A stretch of DNA of 55,995 bases from Prorocentrum cordatum (taxonomy: Eukaryota): contig CAUYUJ010000117.1 in the NCBI GenBank assembly GCA_963575745.1, positions 62,001-117,995 on the forward strand, in the 5' to 3' direction. The position numbers were made by a program, and so were the translations under genes. Shown here piece after piece: positions 35,389 through 45,200 of this stretch (positions are counted from its first letter, which is position 1; every line of letters begins with the position of its first letter). The notes beneath the pieces are model-generated. The model ran no database searches, was not told the origin of the DNA, and saw nothing but the letters and a program-made list of their open reading frames with translations.

Positions 35389-36325
35389 CCTCCTCCTCCC
35401 ACCTCCTCCTCCTCCTCCTCCTCCCCTCCTCCTCCTCCTCCTCCCATATCCTCCTCCCTCCGCCTCTCCCCTCCTCACTCCTCCCCCTCTCCACCTCCCC
35501 TCCCCTCCTCCTCCCACCGTCCCTCCTCCCTCCTCCCTACCACTCCTCCCTCCACTCCACCTCCCTCCTCCCTCCTCCCCCTCCTCCCTCCCTTCCCTCT
35601 CCCTCCTCCCTCCTCCTCCTCCCCTCCTCCCTCCTCCCATCCTCGCCCCTCTCCTCCCCTCCTCCCTCCACCCTCCTCTATCTCCCTCCCCCTCCCTCTT
35701 CCTCCAAACCTCCTCCCTCCCTCCCTACCCCCTCCCTCCCCCTCCCACCTCCCCCCTCCTTTCCACCCTCCACCCCTTCCACCCCTCCATCCAGGTATAT
35801 CCCCATCCTATCCCTCCTCCTCCTGCTCCTCCCTGCTCCTCCTGCTCCTCCTGCTCCTCCTGCTCCTCCTCTCCTCTGACTGCTCCTCCTGCTCCCTCCT
35901 GCTACTCCCTGCTCTTTTCTGCACCTCACCTGATCCTCCTGCTCCTCTCCCAGCTCCTCCCATCCTCTCCTCCTCCTCCTACCTCCTCCCTCCCTCCCTC
36001 TTCCTCCCTCCTCCTCGCTCCCTCCTCCTCCATCCTCCTCCCCTCCCTCCACACCTCCCACCCTCCCTCCTCCTTCCTCCTCCTTATCCTCCGTCCTCCT
36101 CCTTCTCCTTCTCCTTCCTCCTCCTCCTCCTCCTCCTCCCCCACTCATTCCTTCTCCTCCTACCTCCTCATCTTCCACCTCCTCCTCCTCTTCCTCCTCT
36201 CTCCCTCTCTCTCCTACCTCCTCCTCCCACTCCTCCTCCCTCCACCTCCCCTACCTCACCCCCTCCTGCTCCTGCTTCCTGTCCTCCATCAAGGACCTCC
36301 CCTCCTCCTCCCTCCTCCTCCTGCT
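35389..36325. repeat. ~0.9-kb degenerate (CCT)n tract
   Basis: Directly visible; it abuts the 5' end of element D. Confidence 0.93.
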
Positions 36326-36674
36326 CCATCGAAGGTTTTTCCCTTTTCGAAGGTTTTCCCGCGCGGCTTTATCAGAAGCTCTCTGCGGCTTCGGAGAAGG
36401 CGTGGCGAGCTTCTCGGAGTACCAGACACCTCCTGGGCCTTCCGCAGAGGCCCAACCCCTCTCTACATTCGCCCTTGGGCGCGCCGCCGATAGGAGGGAA
36501 TAGGTGACCCAAATTTCAGGTTGGGGGGGGTGCGGGTTCCATGTTTTTTCCCAACCATCCTGTGGTGTTGGGTCCTCGTTTTGAAGAGACGGTGCCCCGC
36601 GTTCCCCTCCTCCTTCCTCCTCCCCCTCCTCTCTCCTCCCCCTCCTTGCCTCTGCTCTCGGCACACCTCTCACG

Positions 36675-37448
36675 CGTTTCGTAGCCCCATAGGGAGCTCC
36701 ACCGAAGGCCCCAGTGGGGGTGTTCGCATGCGGTTCCCCCACCCAGGGCAGCGTTTCGTGGCCCCATAGGGAGCTCCACCGAAGGCCCCAGTGGGGGTGT
36801 TCGCATGCGGTCCCCCCACCCAGGGCAGCGTTTCGTAGCCCCATAGGGAGCTCCACCGAAGGCCCCAGTGGGGGTGTCCACATGCGGTTCCCCCACCCAG
36901 GGCAGCGTTTCGTGGCCCCATAGGGAGCTCCACCGAAGGCCCCAGTGGGGGTGTCCACATGCGGTTCCCCCACCCAGGGCAGCGTTTCGTGGCCCCATAG
37001 GGAGCTCCACCGAAGGCCCCAGTGGGGGTGTCCACATGCGGTTCCCCCACCCAGGGCAGCGTTTCGTGGCCCCATAGGGAGGAGCTCCACCAAAGGCCCC
37101 AGTGGGGGTGTCCACATGCGGTTCCCCCACCCAGGGCAGCGTGTCGTGGCCCCATAGGGAGCTCCACCGTAGGCCCCAGTGGGGGTGCCCGCATGCGGTT
37201 CCCCCACCCAGGGCAGCGTTTCGTAGCCCCATAGGAAGCTCCACCGTAGGCCCCAGTTGGGGTGCCCGCATGCGGTTCCCCCACCCAGGGCAGCGCTTCG
37301 TGGCCCCATAGGGAGCTCCACCGAAGGCCCAAGTGGGGGTGCCCGCATGCGGTTCCCCCACCCAGGGCAGCGTTTCGTAGCCCCATAGGGGGCTCCACCG
37401 AAGGCCCCAGTGGGGGTGTTCGCATGCGTCTCCCCTACCCAGGGGTAG
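36675..37448. repeat. 77-bp tandem satellite, ~10 copies
   Basis: Unit CGTTTCGT(A/G)GCCCCATAGGGAGCTCCACCGAAGGCCCCAGTGGGGGTGT..CATGCGGTTCCCCCACCCAGGGCAG starts at 36675, 36752, 36829, 36906, 36983, 37060, 37140, 37217, 37294 and 37371. Confidence 0.97.
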
Positions 37449-37762
37449 CGCCACCGAAAACGATATTCATATTTGCGACATTCACAACTGCATATGGTTG
37501 GGTCCTTCGCCAGGCTAATTCCATGTTCCCCGACCCCCCCACACAGGAAATGGCGGGCAAATTGAGGCCTTCGGGTTGGGTTGGGGTGGTTTGGTGGGTG
37601 GTGAATAGGAGGTGCCGGTGGTGGTGGAGCTGTTGGGGGCCACGATCCATGTCCCGAATCGCATGCGGCGCCCAGGGGAAACACCCGCTCTGCTGCCTGC
37701 GGAGTCTCGCTCCGGCACCCTGGCCAGAATCGAGCGTCGCACCTGCGGGCCCCAAGACTGTG

Positions 37763-37982
37763 TCACCACCACCAACACCACCACCACCATCACCACCACC
37801 ACCACCACTATCACACCACCACCACCACCACCACCACCACCACCACCACCACCACCACCACCACCACCACCACCACCACCACCACCACACCACCACCACC
37901 ACCACCACCACCACCACCACCACCACCACCACCACCACCACCACCACCACCACCACCACCACCACCACCACCACCACCACCT
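37763..37982. repeat. (CAC)n microsatellite
   Basis: Directly visible. Confidence 0.97.
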
Positions 37983-38580
37983 ACATTCCCCCTCCCTCCT
38001 CCACTCTCCTCCTCCCCTCCTCCCTCCTGGGGGAGAGAGGGGGTGAGGAAGGTGGTGGTGGTGGTGGTGTATACTCTGGGGCGCCGTAGCTCCGGCCGGG
38101 GTCCCCCCGCATTGCGAGCAGAGCGAAACCACCTCACCCAGCAACGACGGCGCAAGGGGAGCGACAGGAGGGGAGAACGACGGGTGAGGCACGCGAGAGG
38201 GACCCCGGAACGAGGCGAAGAGGGAGCATGTTCCTCCCCAGGCGGCGCGCCAGGGGGGGAGAGACTGAAAGGGGGCAAGCCTTGCCAAAAGGCAGCGGGG
38301 TTTCTCGGAAGCCCCCGCGCCTTCCGAGAAGCCTCGCGAGCTTCCTCTGAAGCCGCGGGCGGCCTCTCAGCGGGTGCGAGGGCTTCTGCGAAGGCCTACC
38401 TCCTCCCACTCCCATACCCCCAGGCGATCCCAGAATCACATCGATAAGTCGCACCAGCGATCGACACGAAGGGGGCCGGCGGAGATCGGCACCCGAGTCG
38501 GGAGACGTCGATTCGGCGGATCTCGGCAGGCTAGTACGGCCTCCAGTGAGGCATCGGAGCCCCAAAATCGGACTCCGAAG

Positions 38581-38754
38581 TTGGGCGTGGCTTAATGGGG
38601 GGGTCATAGATGAGGGGTCGGAATAAGCACCCTTCCCTGCCCATTTCGGGCCCCTCCGGAGCCCCAGGGGGCTCGTTTAGGTACCGTTTGGGTATCTTTT
38701 CGGACCACCCTCGCCCCCCCCGCAAGTATGACCCCCCCATCACGCGACGCCCAG
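38581..38754. mobile_element. MITE-like foldback
   Basis: TGGGCGTGGCTTAATGGGGGGGTCATA versus reverse complement TGGGCGTCGCGTGATGGGGGGGTCATA, with an inner inverted pair GGTCGGAATAAGCACCC / GGGTATCTTTTCGGACC. Confidence 0.7.
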
Positions 38755-41150
38755 CGAAATCGAATCGAACTGGTGTCGGGAGCCACCGACATGGAGCCGT
38801 GCCGAATCGGAGGCGTCGAAGTGAGCCCTGCCCCCCGTGGGCTCGCCGCCGACTCTCGCTCCCGGCCCCCCTCCCACGACCCCCCCGAGATCCTGATCTC
38901 GTTCCGAACGCCGACCCCCCGAGGTCTCGACCCCTTCCCCGGGGCCGGTTTTTCATCCCGAGTCGTTTCTTGCCCGTCGCCTGCCCGCCCCCCGGCGCCC
39001 GCTCGCCGTGCTACCACGTTCAACACAACACCCAGTACTCAACAGCGTCCGTTCCCAACACAATGCCACCGGGTACTCAACAGATCTCGTCTCCAACGAC
39101 ACACTCAGTACTCACCAGCATCCCGCTGCAAGGGATAATCCTTTCCCTGAGCCGGGTAAGGGCCCCCAGAGGCCGAACATGTCGAAAAACCTGCCGTCGT
39201 TGATCTCTCCGTGGCCCGACAGGGGATCTGGCACGCCCTTGGCGTCTTCGTCTGTGGCCCGCGCGCATCTGGCGTATTGAAGGGGCCCTGGGACACGCAA
39301 ATAAATACACACAAATAAAAAGGATTCCCCATATTTTCACATATTTTCTGGGTTTCTGTCTTCCCGCCAAACTCCCATATTTTCCAATATTTTCTGGGGA
39401 ATCGACGATTAATTGTGTCTGTGTGTTTTTTCCCCTCCTGACGTATGGCTGCTTCGTCCGTTCGAGGGGGGGGGGGCGGGTCTCGCCGCCGACTCCCGTG
39501 CCTCCGCGGCTGCACGCGGGAGTGAGCCCAGGCGCGGCGGGCGTGCGGGTGGGGCGAGGCAGATGCCCGCCGCTGCTCCTCCTCCTCCTCCTCCTCCTCC
39601 TCCTCCTCCTCCTCCTCCTCCTCCTCCTCCTCCTCCTCCTCCTCCTCCTCCTCCTCCTCCTCCCTCCTCCTCCTCCTCCTCCTCCTCCTCCTCCTCCTCC
39701 TCCTCCTCCTCCTCCTCCTCCTCCTCCTCCTCCTCCTCCTCCTCCTCCTCCTCCTCCTCCCCCTCCTTCTCCCCTCCGTCTCCGGGCCCATCCTGCCACC
39801 CTCAGGGGGCGGCGCAGGGGGACGCACACACATCGACACACACATAGATGCCAGGATGTCCTTCTATTGTGACATGCTCCCTGGATCGTCCGCTTCCCCT
39901 CCATTCCCCATCTGCTCCACGATCTTCATGAAGACCGCGTGTTTGCGTCGATGAGTCCCTCCTGACTCCTCCTGACTCCTCCTCCACTTCCTCCTCGGTG
40001 ACCAAGGAGCCCGGGGACGACCCGAAAGCCCTGTCCCTTATCCTCACGACCTCCTTTGCTCCTTGCCGACCTCCTCATCCCCCCGAACCCCTGGGAAAGC
40101 CTGAGGAGGACGAGCGCTGAGGATGTGCAGAAAACGTTGAGACGTAGCACCTGTCACCAGGAAGTGCTCTGGCAGCAGAAACTCTGGAGAAAGAGGAGCA
40201 GGCTGAGGAGGCAGAAGGGGGAGGAGGACGATGAGGAGGCATGAGGGGGCAGGATGGCGAAGGCATGAAGCGCTATCCTCCCCGGCCCATTCCTTCCGCA
40301 CTCCTCCACTCCCGGCCGATACCCTAGAACAGCGCCCATTGACTATACTATGCTTGAACCCTCCAGGCCCCGCCCCAACACGGTACGGTGCACAGTCCTG
40401 TGGCCCTGGGGGCCGAAACAATTGTGCACCGTACCATCCCCTGGGGTCGAAGATCGACGACGCCTCGGGAGAGGCCAACTTTGGACGCCCGAAATGGGCA
40501 CGGAAACCACAGGTACAATGTCAAACAACAAATGTTGTTCAAAACCGACACCGGCCGCTGTTGGGCAAGCGGCCTTCTGCCTCAACTAACTGGACATACC
40601 CCGCGGCGGCACGGACAACGAACCCGGCCCAAAATGGACGGGAACCGCTGTTGGTCGTTGTAACCATATTTTCCGTACCTAATTCTGGAGGGGAAGAAGA
40701 CGGGGACCATGACAAAGACTGAACGCGGGAACGTTGTCTCGATCCTGGTCACTGTCAGTCTTGGTCAGCGTAAGTTCCTGGATCATCCTCGCAAATCGGC
40801 GACGGTCGGCATGGACCATGACAAAGATTGGCATCGACAAAGTCCCGCGACATCCTGGGCATGGTCCTCGTGCTTCTTCCCTCGGGGCCCGCACTCCTCG
40901 GGAACCCCTGGAAGCCCTGACCCGCTCCCCAGGGCCGGCTCTTCATCCCGAGTCGTTTCTATTGACGACCCCGGGGCCTGGCGAGGGCCCCCAGGAGGCG
41001 GAAACTGCGAACTGCGAAACGCCTCCGCTTTGAGTGTCTCGAGACGTTCGAGGTCTGGGTCTGCGTCCCCGCTCCTCTTCCCTCCAGTCTCGATCGTACC
41101 GGCCAGCGCGGCACGGTGCCCGACCCCAGGTCGTCCGCGGGCTCCCTCGA

Positions 41151-41534
41151 CAAGCTGGCGCCTCCTGGCGCTGGGAGGGGCTGGGGCAACCAGCTGCGTG
41201 AGCTGGTTCGCTCGCCCCCCTTTGCTGGAGGCCCCCTAGATGGAGTCCGAGTAGATAGGGTCGGAGGATCTCGCCGCATGGCCGATACATCGGCGATGCA
41301 TCGGCCATGCACTGGCGACGTCGGCGATGCATCGGCGACGTCGGCGTGGAGAACTTTGGGCCGCACATCGAGCCGCATCGCTGCTGCATCGCCGATGCAT
41401 CGGCGATGCGGCGCGATCCTCCGACCCCATCTGCGCCGACCTCATCCAGGAGGCCTAGATTTGCTCCTCGGCAAGCTGGCGCCTCCTGGCGCTGGGAGGC
41501 GCTTGGGGAACCAGCTGCGCGAGCTGATTCGCTC
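41151..41534. mobile_element. Palindromic element (41236-41449) between two ~63-bp direct repeats
   Basis: Arms GGGTCGGAGGATC(T/G)CGCCGCAT match at 21/22, with internal ATCGGCGATGC repeats. CAAGCTGGCGCCTCCTGGCGCTGGGAGG...TTCGCTC occurs at 41151 and 41472. Confidence 0.75.
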
Positions 41535-42257
41535 AGGCCCCTTGGCACCCCCCACCCCCCTCTCGGGCGCGGCCTTCCCGACCCCTAGCACACCATCCCC
41601 TTCCGTGACGTCATCCTCGCCTTTCGAGCTCCCCTCCGGCCGCATAACATTCGCCTTGGGGCGAGGCGAGGGGGACGTCGCGCATGGTCTGCTGAGGAGG
41701 AGGAGGAGGAGGAGGAGGAGGAGGAGGAGGAGGAGGAGGAGGAGGAGAGGGGAGGTGCAGGAGGAGAGGAGGAGGAGGAGAGGAGCAGGAGGAGCAGGAG
41801 GAGGAGGAGGAGAAGGAGGAGGAGGAGGAGGAGCAGGAGGAGCAGGAGGAGGGGGTCGGTTAGGCCGCCCCTCGCCCTCTCGCGCGGCCCGAGGCCCCGC
41901 GGTGGCAGGACGACTGCTGCTCCCTCGCCCGCCCGCCCAGCAGGAGCTGCCGCGGGCCCCAGCGGCGCGCCAGCCCACGGGCCCCAGAGGCGCGGCGCGG
42001 TGCCGCGCGGGGGTCGCCCGCGGGCCCAGCCCCCGCAAGGGGAGGAGGATCGAGGAGGAGGAGCGAGGAGGATCGAGGAGGAGGAGGAGGAGGAGGAGGA
42101 GGAGGATCGAGGAGGAGGACGAGGACGAGGACGAGGAGGAGGATCGAGGAGGACGAGGACGAGGACGAGGAGGAGGAGGAGGAGGAGGAGGGGGAGGAGC
42201 ATCGAGGAGGAGGAGGACGAGGAGGAGGAGGACGAGGAGGAGGAGGAGGAGGAGGAG

Positions 42258-45200
42258 TTTTTAAAACCGCGTGCTCCCGCCCGTGAGTGGGTGCCCCTGG
42301 TCTCGGCACCCCGCGCAGGCAGAACGGCCCGAGGCGGGGTGGGCCAGCGGCCTCATCTCACGGCGTCGTACTGCCGCCACTCAATGACTCATGGAGTCGC
42401 CCCGTGAGCGGCGGCAGTCTGAAGATATGCTGCCGCCGCCCTCTCAGAGCTTGAGGAGCAGCCTGATGGACGGCCGCAGCCGCTCCTCCGCTCTGCGCTC
42501 TTCCAGGGACCGCCCTGGCCGCTGGTCCCTGGACTCGTGGGCTTTCACGGCCGCCTTGCCTGGCGCAGGGCTGTGGCCTAACCCCTCGCCACGCTGGGGC
42601 GCATTGCGGCCTAGCCCCTCACCGCGCCTGGGAAAATCGTGGCCTAACCCCTCGCCACGCTGGGGGCTGCTGCGGTCTAGCCCCTCACCGCGCTGGGGTG
42701 CTCCGTGGCCTAACCCCTCGCCGCGCAGGGGCCTATTGCGGTCTAGCCCCTCACCGCGCTGGGGTCCCACGTGGCCTAACCCCTCGCCACGCAGGGGCCT
42801 GCTGCGGTCTAACCCCTCACCACTATGGGGTCCACCGTGGCCTAACCCCTCGCCACGCTGGGGATCGTTGCGGTCTAACCCCTCGCCGCGCTGGGGTACT
42901 CCGTGGCCTAACCCCTCGCCGCGCTGGGGCCTGCTGCGGTCTAACCCCTCACCGCGCGGGGGAACGCCGGGTCTCGCACTGTCCCCGTCCTCGGTGCTAC
43001 TGCCCACTGGCTCGGGCGAAGTCCCCCGACTATGCCACTCGCTGTGTTCGCGGTTCACGTGGTATCCGCGGGCCAAGCCCTCCCCCTCGCGTTCAGTCTG
43101 TCGGTGTCCCAGGGTATGGGTCCGCTCTGTTAGTTGCGAGGTCCTGTCTACCACACTGTTGGTCAAAAGGTCCGCGTCATGCTCACTGGGCTCGTCAGGG
43201 ACCTCCGCCTCGAGCCTCTGCTTGCCTTTGGCACTGCGGTCTACCCCCTCACCGCGCAGGGGATTGCCGTGGCCTAACCCCTCGCCACGCAGGGGTCCCA
43301 TGCGGTCTAACCCCTCACCGCGCTGAGGAAAGTCGCCGAAAAACTTCTCCAAGTCCCGCTGCGGGTCTGTGTCGTCGTAGCCTGCCGTCGTCTCGGGCTG
43401 CGCAGTTTTGTGGCCTAACCCCTCGCCACGCGGGGGAACGCCGAGTCTCGCACTGTCCCCATCCTCGGTGCTACTGCCCACTGGCTCGGGCGAGGTCCCC
43501 CGACTATGCCACTCGCTGTGTTCGCGGTTCACGTGGTTTCCGCGGGCCAAGGCCTCCCCCTCGCGTTCAGTCTGTCGGTTTCCCAGGGTATGGGTCCGCT
43601 CTGTTAGTTGCGAGGTCCTGTCTACCACACGGTTGGTCAAAACGTCCGCGGCATGCTCACTGGGCTCGTCAGGGACCTCCGCCTCGAGCCTCTGCTTGCC
43701 TTTGGCACTGCGGTCTATCCCCTCACCGCGCTGGGGTCCTCCGTGGCCTAACCCCTCGCCACGCTGGGGTCCTCTGCGGTCTGCCAGGTGGTACCCTATG
43801 CTGTGCTGTACATCTGGGATCTGCTGGTGGTTGTCATCGCTGTCCTGCTTGTCTACGGGCTGCTGGAGGCAATCCTCGCTGTTCTCCTCTTCAAGGAAGT
43901 GGTCGAGGTCTGCCATGTCCATGGTGCTCCGTCCTGCTGGTGGGGGACGGGCACCCCTCTGCATCCCGTCTGGCGCAGGGCTGTGGCCTAACCCCTCGCC
44001 ACGCTGGGGTCCTCTGCGGCCTACCCCCTCGCCGCGCAGGGGTCCATGGTGGCCTGTCCCCTCTCCGCACAGGGGCCTGCTGGAGGGTTTCTGCTGCTCC
44101 TCCGCCCTTCCCGCCTCCAGGGACCGCTCTGGCTGCGGTACCCTGGGTCCCCTGGGCCTCTCGAGCTCGGGCGCTGGCGTTGCCGTGCGCAGCTCGGCGG
44201 GGCTGCTGGTGGCCCTGGCCTCTGGGTTCCTCCTCGGCTGTCTGGCTGGAGCCCTGCTTGGCACTCGCACTGCTGCTTGCGGTCGCGGGCTGCGGCTCCT
44301 CACCACTGGCTCAGTCACGCCCAGGAACTGCTCAGCCATTGCTCTGCGCCGCTCTGCCTCCTTCGGGTCCTGCTGCTGGATCTGCCTGCGCGCCTCTCCG
44401 CTGTTGAGCCATGCCAGGCGGCAGATCTCCTCCGCCGCTCGGCGCTGGCTGCGCTGGCGGCTCGGCCCTGACACGTTGCTGAACAGCCTCTGGTAGACGC
44501 CAGTCTGCAGCGCCCTCAGCACATGGGGCACGCACGCAGCCTGCCACGATGGCCAGCCCTGTTCGCCCTCTTTCTGGCTCCAGCAGCCTGCCAGCGACTG
44601 CATGAGCTGCTCGAGCCTGTTCCTCTTGAGCCACGCCACCTCCTGCTCGGGGTCCTGGTCAGCTTCTCCTTTGTTGTGTCGAAGCCTTGGGTGGAGCAGG
44701 CCGGCCTCATCGGCTTCGCTCACGAACTTCATCAGGTCGGGCCCCACTGGCTTGGTCAGCGTTACTGCCACCTGCACAGCCGTCTGCATCAGGCTGTTGG
44801 CGTCGTGCCTCTGATCAGGTCCTGCCATGGTCTCCATCTCCTGGTTGCTCGGCTCACCCTCCAGCTCTGGGGCTTCACTGTCTGGGGTCGAGTCATCATC
44901 GTCCAGGTTCTCTGGTGACCACTCTCGGCTGGCCTCCGCTGTTCTCGGCAGCGGCCTGCGCTCGCTGCTGGGGATGCTGTGCGCTAGGATGTTGTTCCTT
45001 CTGTTCTGGAAGGCGTCCATGTGCACTCTTGCTGCCTGCTGCCTTGTACCGTACGGGAGGGTAAGCATCCTGGTCATGAGCCTCCGTCGCGCGCGGTGCG
45101 TGTTGCGCCAGACTTCTTCGCAGAAGTCCTTGATCTGCTGAAGCTCCTGCACGGTGACGGCCCTGGTCTGCTCTTGCGTGTCCGTTCCGCCACCCACATT

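Noticed and set aside
24001..35398. TSD for element D (CCTCCTCCTC on both sides)
   Set aside because: It is uninformative within (CCT)n tracts, so its length cannot be determined.
36675..37448. CRISPR array
   Set aside because: Units are contiguous near-identical 77-mers with no unique spacers, there are no cas genes, and the context is eukaryotic.
37690..38135. Further host exons (also GC-rich islands near 2090-2135, 2610-2690, 2900-3080, 41890-41945)
   Set aside because: AG acceptors are plausible, but the translations lack TSP1 motifs and cannot be joined with confidence.
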